A stretch of DNA of 64,000 nt. Origin: a virus. The stretch's first letter is position 1; each line of letters begins with the position of its first letter. Below, one piece after another: positions 38,623 through 49,545 of this stretch. The stretch lies in IMG/VR virus record IMGVR_UViG_3300010396_000037. One strand, given 5' to 3'. Under the pieces are notes generated by a model. That model had not been told where the DNA came from and did no database searches. It saw only the letters and a list, made by a program, of their open reading frames with translations. The translations under genes and the position numbers were made by a program.

Positions 38623-41139
38623 ATGATCCGCAAAGAAGACTATCATCCAACTTATCAGCAAATTGTCATGGCTGAGGTGATTGACGCACATAGATCTGGG
38701 TTGAAAGAAGAGGGCATGTTGTTAAAGTTGAAACAGATGGGGCCAGATTTCTATCATGAGTTTGCAACATTGAATCTGTCTTTTGGTCGTGCGTCTGGTC
38801 ACACAACATTCATCCAACAGAATGCTAGACCTAATGATATCATCATAGTATATAATGAATTCATGAGGGAATGTTTCATTCGAAATGGTCAGTTATCTTT
38901 TGACAGAAATCATATTGTTACTGTCAATGAATTAGACAGAAAAGCAAGAGGCATCAAATTTGATAAGCCAATTATATGGATAGATGGTCAACGTGTTTAT
39001 CATACTGTTCTTGAATCAAAGAACATAGCAGATTACATTGGCTTTATTGAGAGAGTCTGCCCTGTTGAAATTATTGTTCTTGGCGAATGACTCCTGATTT
39101 TACCAATGGTTGTTTTGAGTTTCTGGCAGGTGCAATGATTTTGAATCATTGTCGGGTACTTTATAAGAGCAAGGCAGTGGTTGGAGTTTCTAAATTCTCC
39201 ACCTTGTTCTTTGTCTGTTGGGGATTTTGGAACATGTTTTATTATCCTCATCTCAATCAGTATTGGAGTTTCAGTGGCGGTCTATTCGTCGTGTTGACCA
39301 ATTTATTGTATGTATCTATGATGATGTATTATTCAAGGAGACCAGTATGAAAACTATTCGGTGCCCACGTGCGACAGGTCAGAAATGGTTGGAGGACTTG
39401 CGTTCTGGGAGATATGAACAAGGTGGTCGTCAACTAGCTTCTGGTTGTGGGCAATACTGCTGTTTGGGTGTTTTACAAATGGGTGCATCTGGGTGTGTAG
39501 AAAATGATGTATTTGGCCAAGCGGGTCAGTTGCCAAGTAAAGAATGGTTGGTTGACAATGGAATCACATTCTTGAGTTATGGCGGTGGTGAAAGCCGCAC
39601 TCCATTTCTGCCCAAATTTGGAACAACTGCTGATGATGCCAATGACAGTGGGCACGACTTCTTTGAAATCGCAGATGCGATTGAAGACACCATTGAATAC
39701 ACGGATTGATATGAAAATATACAGAGTGTTTCCTGACTATTCCTCAATCGTAACAGGCGTGTGGAATCAAATAGGAGAAGAACCTTACATCATTGACTAT
39801 CCAACTCTTTTAGAGTGGGGAGCTTCACCAAAGACCATTTCTATATTGAAAGAAATGTGTTATGTATTCGATTTGGTAGATGAAAATCCTTCAGATGCGG
39901 AATTGGATTTCATCAGCTGGTGTATAGAAGAAGCAACCAGAAGATTGAATGATGAAACGGATTACAAATTTGAGACGATATCATGAAAATAGAGATCGTT
40001 AGATTCGACAATGGCCGATATGGTGTGCGTCGTAAAAAGTGGGCGTGGTTGTTTTTGGAATTCGAGTTTGAATTCTTAAAAACTAACTGTGAATGGGACA
40101 TGTGCAGATACCCAAGTGTATCAGCAGCTTTTGATACTGCCGAGGAAGCAAAGAAAGCATTACAATCACGCATAGAACAAGAGAAGAGATTGGAACATCT
40201 TGGCAAAGATTTTGGTGAGGTGACTGATGCTTAAAGAAATTGCTACTAAAGGTTATGGATACTATCTGACCCTCAAGATATTGAAATTGCTGTTTTATCC
40301 ATTGCATCTCTTGTTGTGGATTGCATGGATGATCATTTTGTCCATGTTTTATATTTTCATTAAGATGATTATCCTTTCATTTGAAATTTGGGAATCAACA
40401 TCATCTGAATTCAAAATCATCTTTATTAATGGTAAGCATCTGAAAAATTTTAGTCGCAAATCCTACAATAGAATCTATGGTCCAGGAGCACAACCGCTGT
40501 CCCCAGTTGAGGTGCATCATGGATAAGAACAAAATTATAGCATTATTTACATTCTTGGGTTTTGTTACTCTTATATGTCTGCCCAAAATAGCATTCATAG
40601 TTTTTGCAACTCTTGCGATCATCATATGTCTTTTGGGTATCTACATGTGTATATATTTTGCAATCAAGGAATTCAATGAAGATCGTACAGTTTAAAAATG
40701 GCAAGTATGCTGTCAGGAAGGGATGGTTAGACCATAGATTCCTGCTCGCAAACAGGAATGATTTGTATTTCACGTTCGTGATGCTTCCTTCAGAAGACTC
40801 AGAAGTAACCGTGAACAGTGTAGAGGAAGCTGAAGCTGCCATTAAAAGATACTATGAAAGAGCACGTGCGCTAAGAGATAATGGTAAGCCAGTAAAAAAG
40901 ACTAAGACTTCTTCTCATGATCCATGGTGGAAAAAAAGAACAGACAGCACAGGTATAGAATGATGGCCAATCAACTTATCACAAGTCTTCAAGCAGAATA
41001 TGTAAATTTGCTTCGGGAAATTGAGAAGTTGAGGAAGGAATATGAAGTGAAGGCCGCGACGTTAGAGAGGATTGGTTTCTTGTTGAATCAAGAAGACAAG
41101 CTGCGAGCAATCAGAGAGCGTAAGCTTAACAATCATTAA
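38623..41139 (+). CDS. Run of small hypothetical and membrane genes (38623-39090, 39087-39350, 39347-39709, 39711-39986, 39983-40234, 40227-40526, 40519-40695, 40676-40963, ~40960-41139)
   Basis: Tightly coupled ORFs with ATGA overlaps; several hydrophobic. Confidence 0.5.
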
Positions 41140-41278
41140 AATTTGATTCTATCAGAAATCACCTGAAAATTATTCAATAAACTCAATAACTTACAACCAA
41201 CTATTTTTGATGATTTTCCTGAAGCTACAAACCCTTGACTCATGCTTAAATCAGCGAAAAATCAAAGATTCTATAATG

Positions 41279-41298
41279 ATCCCGACTTGCGTCGGGAT
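41279..41298. terminator. Hairpin between convergent units
   Basis: ATCCCGAC-TTGC-GTCGGGAT. Confidence 0.6.
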
Positions 41299-41774
41299 TT
41301 AATTTATAGGTATGGGCCAGTAGATTCTTTTGTCTAAATCATCTGAAGCCATGCTTTCAGCATAGAGCAACTCTTTGTGTCTCCATGTTCTTAGACGTTT
41401 CCATGCTATGGTTAGATGACGTCTTTCATCATCCTTCATACGATGTTCAGGCACATGTTGTGACACTCGAGATAGGGAGCCATCTTCATAATTCCATTCA
41501 AGGTTGCAAATAACGCCAATAGATGTGGGGTCCTTCGCTATCCAATGATGAAATTTGGTGGCTTTCAATCAATCTTCTCCCAACGGAAACCTAGAAAGAC
41601 TTTCTGTAACCAGCGATTGAATCGGTTAGGCTCTTTATCTTGTACAATATTTATAGCAAACCCATCGACAATCCACACTCTGTAGGTGTATTTTGGGTTT
41701 CTGCACACTCTGACAAAAGCTTCTGAATCCTCAATAGGGAGTGCCCATGGATCTTCTTGTTTGTTCATTTTCAA
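41299..41774 (-). CDS. Two small hypothetical genes (41299-41568, 41565-41774)
   Basis: Coupled minus-strand ORFs ending at the hairpin. Confidence 0.45.
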
Positions 41775-41823
41775 CCTTTTCTACCAGAATCCCTAAATAG
41801 TATGACCGCAAGGAATTCAAATA

Positions 41824-42108
41824 ATGGCTCCTAGAAAATTCTTTCTGAAAGAAGATGACGTGGCTGTAAACAATGTTGGCTCTGGCCATATTGCTGGGGC
41901 ATACAGTGATCCGCCCATGTTTCCTGCAGCACGCAAGAAATACATTCAACAAAATGACGCGAAGAGTCTTTCGCATGGTATGGAAGATGCCTACCGTGTT
42001 GACGCCATTAAACATTCTCCTAAACACCATATGGAACATGCCAAACAGCTTTTAGACAGAATTAACGCGACATTGTTTCATGGAATATCTAGACACCCAG
42101 AGAAATAA
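41824..42108 (+). CDS. Small late protein, probable internal head protein
   Basis: CTAAATA at 41793; N-terminal KFFLKE; NNVGSG.IAG motif. Confidence 0.5.
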   Translation: MAPRKFFLKEDDVAVNNVGSGHIAGAYSDPPMFPAARKKYIQQNDAKSLSHGMEDAYRVDAIKHSPKHHMEHAKQLLDRINATLFHGISRHPEK

Positions 42109-42109
42109 T

Positions 42110-42532
42110 ATGAAACTTCCATTTGGCATTGCATCATTCTTTTCAACGTTTTGGGTTAAGTTTGCTCTCATTTTAGCGATAATTGCAGGATTGTTATTTG
42201 GTGGCTACAAAGTCGGTTACATGGTGCGTGATAGGACTGCTCTCCAAGAACAGCAGAAGATAGCTCAAAAAGCAGTTGTTGATGCAAACAACTACAAAAA
42301 ACAAATTCAAGATCTACTAACAAAACAACATGGCCTATCATCAGAACTAGACCAAGCTTTGACGGAAAATCAAAAAGTGGTGACACAATATGTTACGAAA
42401 ACTCTCATTAAAACTATTCATGATAGTCCTGATGACTACAAGTGCCCTGTTCCTGCTTCAGGGATGTCAGTCCTCGCCAATCAGGCTACAGAACTCAACA
42501 ATATCCGCAGAGGATCTAGTAAAGTCCACTGA
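42110..42532 (+). CDS. Inner-membrane spanin (Rz-like)
   Basis: N-terminal TM, coiled coil, C-terminal Cys; overlaps a lipoprotein gene. Confidence 0.7.
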   Translation: MKLPFGIASFFSTFWVKFALILAIIAGLLFGGYKVGYMVRDRTALQEQQKIAQKAVVDANNYKKQIQDLLTKQHGLSSELDQALTENQKVVTQYVTKTLIKTIHDSPDDYKCPVPASGMSVLANQATELNNIRRGSSKVH

Positions 42533-42749
42533 TCCACGTTTATTGGATAGATGTCCAGAGTTGCCAGTACCAGCTTCATCAGTGACTCCTACCTCAGAAT
42601 TGTTGCCTATGTATGGTTCTTTGCAAGGACAGTATAATTCCTGTGCTATAAAGGATGATTGCTTAATTGCCGTGATAACAGGGGAAACAATTTGTTTCCA
42701 ACCAGGAAAAGAAAATGGTCAAAGTGGTAACAGCTCAACAAAAAACTAG
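42420..42749 (+). CDS. Outer-membrane lipoprotein spanin (Rz1-like)
   Basis: Signal peptide with lipobox LLQGC; LL..CPELP and YNSC; overlaps the i-spanin 3' end in another frame. Confidence 0.7.
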   Translation: MIVLMTTSALFLLQGCQSSPIRLQNSTISAEDLVKSTDPRLLDRCPELPVPASSVTPTSELLPMYGSLQGQYNSCAIKDDCLIAVITGETICFQPGKENGQSGNSSTKN

Positions 42750-43380
42750 GAAAAAAGTTGTGAAAAAAGAAGACATAGCTGTTATATCTCTATCCAACCG
42801 CATGACCGGAATTGAAGTCACCACAGCGACGATAGCTGACGATGTTAAGCATCACCAAGAATCTATTGATAAGTTATCTGAAATCTCGGCTGGTATCAAA
42901 GAGATGCTGGCTGCTCAAGAGAACCGCATTCAAACACAAGAAAATTCAAGCACACTTCTTTATGATCTGGCTGAAAAGCGTCGTGAAGAATATTTGGCTA
43001 ATGCTGAAAAGGTAAATACCAAATTTGAAACTCTTGCTAAAGAGTTACATGGGGTCTTGGAAAAAGTGTCTGAAGAACGTCGCACAGATACAGCTTCTTT
43101 GGTCGAGAGCTTTCGTAGGGAGCTTTCACAGAACAGCAAAGAATTAGAAACATCTGTTGGTCGTGTAGAAAAAGAAGTGCAGAAGTTTGTGATGGAAGAA
43201 AGAGAAAATTCTAGACTTAGAAAGGAAGAAGCCAATAGCACTCACAAAGACTTAGATAAAAGAATAAAGGTACTTGAGCGTTCTAAATGGATTGGTATGG
43301 GCATCTTGCTTGTGATAGTTACACTGTTCAAATTCATCAACCTGTCTAGCATCATGTTGTTGTTGCAGCATATTCATTGA
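42715..43380 (+). CDS. Coiled-coil protein with C-terminal TM (holin candidate)
   Basis: RIKVLERSKW followed by a hydrophobic helix; next to the spanins. Confidence 0.4.
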   Translation: MVKVVTAQQKTRKKVVKKEDIAVISLSNRMTGIEVTTATIADDVKHHQESIDKLSEISAGIKEMLAAQENRIQTQENSSTLLYDLAEKRREEYLANAEKVNTKFETLAKELHGVLEKVSEERRTDTASLVESFRRELSQNSKELETSVGRVEKEVQKFVMEERENSRLRKEEANSTHKDLDKRIKVLERSKWIGMGILLVIVTLFKFINLSSIMLLLQHIH

Positions 43381-43404
43381 TTTTGAAAGCCTTCGGGCTA
43401 CAAT
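43381..43404 (+). promoter_or_regulatory. Middle-type promoter TTTTG(A)-N11/12-TAnnnT (also at 7441, 38130, 51684, 62932)
   Basis: Five intergenic copies with conserved short spacing. Confidence 0.6.
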
Positions 43405-43410
43405 AGTCAA

Positions 43411-44430
43411 ATGATATGGCTTGAATGCAAATATGCTAACCTTCTGGGTTCTCATCTTGCTCTGTTCAAACAGAGGAAGCATAATCCCTATCTAGCTACT
43501 TTCCGCTGTCCAATTTGTGGAGATAGTCAACATAACAAACTGAAGACCAGAGGCTACATCTTTCAGCATTCACAACATTTGTTTGTGTATTGCCATAATT
43601 GTAACTATTCTGCTTCTTTCCGCAAATTCCTGAAACACCAGAACACGTATCTCTATGATGAGTTTGCATTAGAGTTATTCAAAGAGAACGCACATGGTCA
43701 GCCTATCACTGAAGTAGAGGAAGTCTTTGCTACACCTGTCCCAGTTAAATCAAGAACAGTCGACAAGATGGGTCTATTTGATCTTGTTGTTCCTTCCATT
43801 ACATCTCCATCTCTAACACATTATCTGAAACAAAGGAAAATCCCTGAAAACAAATGGAAACATATCTTTTACACGGATGACTTCCCTCTGTTAGTTAAGA
43901 AAGTGTTTCCTGAGAAGTATATTTCAGAAACAAAACATCATCGCCTTGTGATACCATTCTATGATCCTTCTGGTAAGGAAGTGGTTGGTATTTGCGCTAG
44001 AACTTTACCAGATGCTGATCCAATGACGCACAAACGCTACTATTCAATCAGTCATCCTGGTTATCCAAAATTATGGAAACCAAATGATCTAGACTTGACA
44101 AAGACTGTGTATGTTACAGAAGGAGTCATGGATGGTTTCTTTCTGGACAATGCTGTATCAATGCTCGGTTCCAATATTGATACAGGCGTGTTAAGATCAA
44201 TGTTCAATGATTTTGTTATGATCTTTGATTGCGAACCCCGGAACAAGCAGATCGTTGAACAGATGGAAAGAAAAGTTAAAGAAGGTTGTAAGATAGTAGT
44301 TTGGAACAACAGAACAAAAGGTAAAGATCTAAACGAGATGGCGTTGAACAATTATTTTCCAGACTTGAAGAGTAGAACATTTTCTGGATTAGAAGCGCTA
44401 TTAAATATCACCGCATGGAAAAAGGTTTAA
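43411..44430 (+). CDS. 61: DNA primase gp61
   Basis: FRCPICGDS, YCHNC zinc finger; VYVTEG..D..FL.N; D.EPRN; KDLNEM. Confidence 0.95.
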   Translation: MIWLECKYANLLGSHLALFKQRKHNPYLATFRCPICGDSQHNKLKTRGYIFQHSQHLFVYCHNCNYSASFRKFLKHQNTYLYDEFALELFKENAHGQPITEVEEVFATPVPVKSRTVDKMGLFDLVVPSITSPSLTHYLKQRKIPENKWKHIFYTDDFPLLVKKVFPEKYISETKHHRLVIPFYDPSGKEVVGICARTLPDADPMTHKRYYSISHPGYPKLWKPNDLDLTKTVYVTEGVMDGFFLDNAVSMLGSNIDTGVLRSMFNDFVMIFDCEPRNKQIVEQMERKVKEGCKIVVWNNRTKGKDLNEMALNNYFPDLKSRTFSGLEALLNITAWKKV

Positions 44431-44445
44431 CAAAGAAGGTCAATA

Positions 44446-46701
44446 ATGCTTGTTACTAAAAGAAATGGCGAAACTGAAACACTTGATTTGGAGAAAATGC
44501 ATAGAGTTGTGATAGAAGCATGCGAAGGAATTTCAGGAGTATCACCATCAGAAGTTGAAATTGCTTCTAATTTGAAGCTCTACAATAAGATCAAAACAGC
44601 AGACATTCAGGAAACATTGATAAAGTCAGCTGCGAACCTCATAAGCGAAGATGCACCCAACTATCAATATGTTGCTGGCAGACTAGTAAGTTATCATATC
44701 AGAAAGGAAGTATTCAATGGCGACCCTATCCCTGATATTTTGACGCACGTGAAGAAAGTTGTTGATCTTGGTTTTTATGATAAACAACTCTTAACCATGT
44801 ATGATGAAAATGAATGGTCACAAATGAATAAGTGGATTGATCATGGGAAAGATGATAAATTCACGTATGCTGCAATGGAAGTATGGAGAAGCAAATACTT
44901 AGTCAGAAACAGAATCAAGAATCAAATATTGGAGACTCCGCAGTTTGCTTACAAGTTGATTGCAGCGTTTTTCTTCCACAGGTATCCCAAAGAAACAAGG
45001 ATGCAATGGGTTAAACGCTTCTATGATGGATTGTCAAATTTCGTCATAGCACTTCCAACTCCTATTCTTGCAGGTGTTAGGACCACCAATCGCCAATTTT
45101 CATCCTGCACATTGATTGACGCAGATGATTCATTGGATTCTATCTTTGCTGTGGCGCAAGCTGTTGGGTTGTATGTGGCTAATCGTGCTGGTATTGGCAT
45201 CAATGGTGGGCGGATCAGAGCAATTGGTTCTAAGATCAGGAATGGTGAAGCCTACTCAACAGGTGTTATTCCATTCTATAGAGTTTGGGAGTCAGCCATA
45301 CGTTCTTGCCATCAAGGTGGACTGCGTTCAGGTAGTGGTACATTATATGCGCCATTCTGGCATTATGAGATTGAAGATATTCTTGTCTTGAAGAACAACA
45401 AAGGAACGGATGATAACAGACTGCGGCATGTTGATTGGACCATTCAATTCAACAAATTGGCATATGAGAGACTGATCAATGGATCATTCATCACATTGTT
45501 TGATCCGAATGATGTTCCTGATCTTTACGAGGCATTCTTCCGTGATGAGAATGAATTCAAACAGCTTTATGAAGCTGCTGAGCGAAAGACGTCTATCCGC
45601 AAGAAGAAAATTCCCGCACTAGAATTGTTTTCCAAATTCGTTCAGGAACGCAAAGGTACTGGTCGTGTGTATCTCATGAATGTTGATCATGCTAACAAGC
45701 ATGGTGCTTTCAAACCAGAGGTTGCTCCAGTCAAGATGAGCAATCTGTGTACTGAAATTTTACTACCAACCAAGCCCCTTCATAAGATAGATGATCCTGA
45801 AGCTGAGATTGCATTGTGTATTCTTGGTTCCGTGAATTTGGCTGCTATTAAATGCCCTGAAGACTTCAAAGAGCCTTGTGAGTTATTGGTTAGGGCATTG
45901 GATGAGTTGATTGACTTCCAAACCTATCCGGTCAAAGCTGCTGAAAGATCAGCAACCAAACGTCGTACACTTGGAATTGGTATCAACAACTTGGCTTACT
46001 GGTTGGCCAAAAATGATTTGACTTACCAAGGTATCACGACTGAAGGATTGATGAAAGTTGATGAATTGATGGAAGCATTCAACTACCATCTTGTAAAGAC
46101 TTCCGCTGATCTCGCACTTGAGAAAGGCCCATGTGAGTTCTGGAAAGATACGAAATATTCAAAGGGATTGGTTGCGCTTGATACTTATAAAAAGGACGTC
46201 GACACCTTGGTTAGACGCAATCCTAACTACAACTGGGATGAATTGAGGGAACAACTCAAGAAAACAGGTATCAGAAATTCCACTTTAGCTGCTATTATGC
46301 CGAGTGAGACAAACAGTCTGTTGATCAATGCTACCAATGGCGTTGAACCACCACGTGCTTTGGTTTCAATCAAACAGTCCAAAGATGGTGTTGTTTCTCA
46401 AGTTGTTCCTGAAATTTACCGTCTGAAGAACAAATATGACTTGCTCTGGGAACAGAAGTCTCCAGAGGGATATCTCAAGATCATGGCTGTATTGGAAAAA
46501 TGGATTGATCAAGCTATTTCAGTGAATACCAGCTATAATCCAATATACTATCCAAACAACGAAATCCCCATGTCGGAGATGTTGAATCATATCTTGTTCT
46601 GTTACAAGATGGGCATACCCACCCTGTACTATTGTAACACATATGATGGTGCTGGTGAGGTTGAAATTTCACAAACGGAGTGCGAATCATGCAAACTATG
46701 A
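44446..46701 (+). CDS. nrdA: Ribonucleotide reductase class Ia alpha subunit
   Basis: ATP cone VTKRNG; PTPILAGVRT..RQFSSC; SNLCTEI; TNGVEPP; C-terminal CESCKL. Confidence 0.95.
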   Translation: MLVTKRNGETETLDLEKMHRVVIEACEGISGVSPSEVEIASNLKLYNKIKTADIQETLIKSAANLISEDAPNYQYVAGRLVSYHIRKEVFNGDPIPDILTHVKKVVDLGFYDKQLLTMYDENEWSQMNKWIDHGKDDKFTYAAMEVWRSKYLVRNRIKNQILETPQFAYKLIAAFFFHRYPKETRMQWVKRFYDGLSNFVIALPTPILAGVRTTNRQFSSCTLIDADDSLDSIFAVAQAVGLYVANRAGIGINGGRIRAIGSKIRNGEAYSTGVIPFYRVWESAIRSCHQGGLRSGSGTLYAPFWHYEIEDILVLKNNKGTDDNRLRHVDWTIQFNKLAYERLINGSFITLFDPNDVPDLYEAFFRDENEFKQLYEAAERKTSIRKKKIPALELFSKFVQERKGTGRVYLMNVDHANKHGAFKPEVAPVKMSNLCTEILLPTKPLHKIDDPEAEIALCILGSVNLAAIKCPEDFKEPCELLVRALDELIDFQTYPVKAAERSATKRRTLGIGINNLAYWLAKNDLTYQGITTEGLMKVDELMEAFNYHLVKTSADLALEKGPCEFWKDTKYSKGLVALDTYKKDVDTLVRRNPNYNWDELREQLKKTGIRNSTLAAIMPSETNSLLINATNGVEPPRALVSIKQSKDGVVSQVVPEIYRLKNKYDLLWEQKSPEGYLKIMAVLEKWIDQAISVNTSYNPIYYPNNEIPMSEMLNHILFCYKMGIPTLYYCNTYDGAGEVEISQTECESCKL

Positions 46702-47456
46702 AGAAGTTGACTGATAAGCAAATTATTGAATTTGCTATGAAATTTTGTGATGAAGGTTGCCGTTCCATTGTGGAATGTGGCTGTGTAGCAGAAGTCAGAC
46801 CTCGTGCCAAAGCACTTTATCAGTATAATTCAAAGGATGTGGATAAGTTCATGATCAAAGACGTGAAGTCCGCTCTTCTGTATTTGCGTTCAAGAGCTCC
46901 TGATCTGCTTCCTTTCGTCATGACTGAAAAGGAAGGATGGATTTGGTTCGATCCAAGGAAATAAAATGCCAACATATCAATTTGAAAATATACAAACAGG
47001 TGAAGTTCAAGAATTTCACATGAAGATCAGTGAGTTAGATGAATTTAAAGCTAACAATCTTCAACTGAAACAAGTCCATCTGACTCCTTTCGAGATAGGT
47101 GACACCATACGTATGGGTATCAAGAAGCCTGATCAAAGTTTCCGAGAACTTTTGAAACACATTCACGGTAAAGTTGGTGGAAATCATCGCTATCATCATA
47201 ATTAAGGTGAATCATGACGCCATATACAGAAGCGAAATGGGTTGAGTGGATAGAGCCCGTCAACCAGAAAAGCGATCCCGTGTATTGCAGAGTACGCCCA
47301 GAAGTGGCAATCCAATGTTCTAAAGAAGCAGCTGCCAAGTCTGGGCATGTTTTCTATACCAATGATCAGGACGCTTTCGAGGATTTTGTTGTAGTACATT
47401 GGGGTTACATTGTGCCAAAACCAGCGCCACTGGAAACTGATCAAGAAACTAAATAA
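46698..47456 (+). CDS. Three small genes; 46966-47205 is FmdB-like (MPTY.F.N..TGE)
   Basis: Coupled ORFs; motif typical of T4-like phages upstream of phoH. Confidence 0.5.
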
Positions 47457-47633
47457 ACCCATATCTATCAAACAAAGGAGAACAGCCATGGGGAATGAAG
47501 ATGGCTCTACTATTCATATTTCTGTTCTTACTTTTCATCATCTTGGCAATCAAGATTGATAGAAACGCGCAAGCCAAAGCTCGCAAAAAGAAGAAAATAA
47601 TTCCCACTTGTCCACCCAATAGGCCCATTATTA

Positions 47634-48320
47634 ATGAGCAAGCCAAAAAAGAAGAGTGCAGCACAAAAGAACAATCTCTTTGGTCTGGAAGTAAAAACAA
47701 TAACGCTCAAAACACAAAATCAACGGGAAGCAGCTATTCACTGGGAACAAGGCAATCATGTGTTGATGACAGGATTTGCGGGAACAGGTAAAACTTTCCT
47801 TGCTCTGTCTTTTGCTCTGCACGCTTTGGAACGTAAAGAGCAGAACAAGATTGTAATTGTAAGATCAGCTGTACAGACTCGTGATATAGGTTTCATGCCT
47901 GGCAACTTATCTGAAAAAGCAGCTCTGTACCAGACTCCCTACCAAGACATTGTGAATGATCTTTGTCGTAGGGATGATGCCTATGGCATTTTGGCAGGAC
48001 ATGGTTCCATTGAATTTCTGACGACCAGTTTTGTTCGTGGACTGACTATCGACAATGCTGTAGTGATAGTAGATGAAATACAAAACATGACGGAGAAAGA
48101 ATTTGAATCTGTGATTACACGTGTTGGCGAAAATTCTAGACTAATATTTTGCGGGGATGATAGGCAATCAGACTTATCAAACCTGATTGCGTCAGGTTAC
48201 AACGATTCAGTCAAGATCCTTTCTCAAATGAACGAGATAGGTCATGTATCATTTAATGCGCAAGATATTGTGCGTTCTGATTTCGTGAAACAATACTTGT
48301 TGTTGAAATATGCTTCTTGA
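47634..48320 (+). CDS. phoH: PhoH-family ATPase
   Basis: G.AGTGKTFLA, IVRSAV..RDIGF.PG, RG.T, VDEIQN, TRVG, GD..QSDL, DIVRS. Confidence 0.92.
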   Translation: MSKPKKKSAAQKNNLFGLEVKTITLKTQNQREAAIHWEQGNHVLMTGFAGTGKTFLALSFALHALERKEQNKIVIVRSAVQTRDIGFMPGNLSEKAALYQTPYQDIVNDLCRRDDAYGILAGHGSIEFLTTSFVRGLTIDNAVVIVDEIQNMTEKEFESVITRVGENSRLIFCGDDRQSDLSNLIASGYNDSVKILSQMNEIGHVSFNAQDIVRSDFVKQYLLLKYAS

Positions 48321-48978
48321 ATTAGAACCACCGCAGGATCAGATCACCCGCATAGATGACGCCATTTATCCTTGCAGAGTCTATGGGCGTGCAGGAAGGA
48401 TCTACCCATCTGTAACTTCAGTTCTGTCTGTTCTAGATGATATGAATTGGTATGAGGATTGGGTTGGAAGAGTCGGACAACAAAAAGCAGATGCTATCAC
48501 GAGAGTTGCTGGAGATAGAGGATCCGCAGTTCACATGGCATGCCAGGAGTTCATTTGCGGATGGAATTACACACGTTTGATGCCGGATGATCAATACAGA
48601 TTCAATCTGATCAAACAAGAGCTCATGGAGTTGCAGAGAATTCGAGCAGTAGAGCACAAACTGGTATGTGAGGAATACCAGGTTGCTGGCACAGCTGATC
48701 TCATCGCATACCATGATGGTGCTCTAACCGTGATTGATTATAAGACTTCTAACAGGGAGAAACAAGAAGAGGCGTTCAAGAGTTTCTGGTTTCAGACTGC
48801 TTTTTATGCAACTGCTTGGAACGAGACTCATCCTGAAGAACCTGTTGAAAAGCTTGGGATTATTCCAATTAATGATATAGATATGTTCTGTAAGCCAAGA
48901 TTCTTACCACTTTCCAGCATACAAGGCAATGATCTACGCCGAATCCGTTCTGAATTCAGGACTCAATTTAACATGTGA
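48310..48978 (+). CDS. PD-(D/E)XK exonuclease (Cas4-like)
   Basis: YPSVTSVL, RGSAVH, AGTADLI, IDYKTS, Q.A.YA. Confidence 0.8.
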   Translation: MLLELEPPQDQITRIDDAIYPCRVYGRAGRIYPSVTSVLSVLDDMNWYEDWVGRVGQQKADAITRVAGDRGSAVHMACQEFICGWNYTRLMPDDQYRFNLIKQELMELQRIRAVEHKLVCEEYQVAGTADLIAYHDGALTVIDYKTSNREKQEEAFKSFWFQTAFYATAWNETHPEEPVEKLGIIPINDIDMFCKPRFLPLSSIQGNDLRRIRSEFRTQFNM

Positions 48979-49016
48979 TCTCCCTAAATATAGGCTGACA
49001 GTCTGGGAGTCAGTCC

Positions 49017-49532
49017 ATGCGCTTAGCAGTTTATGGGGGTTCTACATGGCAGAAGAAACACTCCAAAAGCTTTGCTCGTTGGTATGCCCGCAACTACATA
49101 CCTAAACACATTCATTCTAAGCTTAGTGTAAGTGTGTGTTTGTATGACTCACAGAAGTCCTGGGAAAGCATAGCTTCTGATAAGAAAGACTTAGGATACT
49201 GTGAGTACATAGAAGAAGATAGATTGTTGGGAAGTGAACATTGCAAGATCACTTTATATTCTCCACGCAACCTATTATACTACAAATTCCTGATTCGCCT
49301 AGCGCATGAATTTGTTCATGTAAAACAATATGTTACGCATGAATTGAAAGATTGTTCAAACGGCACGAACTTCAAGAAGCAGAAATTTCAAGAAGATTCT
49401 ATTCTGTACTGGAATCAACCATGGGAAGTTGAAGCCATGGGTTTTGAATACGGTTTAGTTAAGCTATACACCGAACAAGCCAAAATTAAGCAAGAGGTAT
49501 TTACAACCAAAGTAAAACGCATCATCTGCTAA
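49017..49532 (+). CDS. HExxH metallopeptidase-like protein
   Basis: LAHEFVHVKQY and YW.QPWE.EA. Confidence 0.65.
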   Translation: MRLAVYGGSTWQKKHSKSFARWYARNYIPKHIHSKLSVSVCLYDSQKSWESIASDKKDLGYCEYIEEDRLLGSEHCKITLYSPRNLLYYKFLIRLAHEFVHVKQYVTHELKDCSNGTNFKKQKFQEDSILYWNQPWEVEAMGFEYGLVKLYTEQAKIKQEVFTTKVKRIIC

Positions 49533-49545
49533 AGGAACCACTATC

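Noticed and set aside
12910-46701. Separation of nrdA and nrdB by about 30 kb as a novel feature
   Set aside because: Both genes are intact, and unlinked RNR subunits occur in large phages; weak signal.
48310-48978. cas4 as part of a CRISPR system
   Set aside because: Stand-alone PD-(D/E)XK exonuclease next to phoH, as usual in T4-like phages; no Fe-S cysteine cluster, other cas genes or array.
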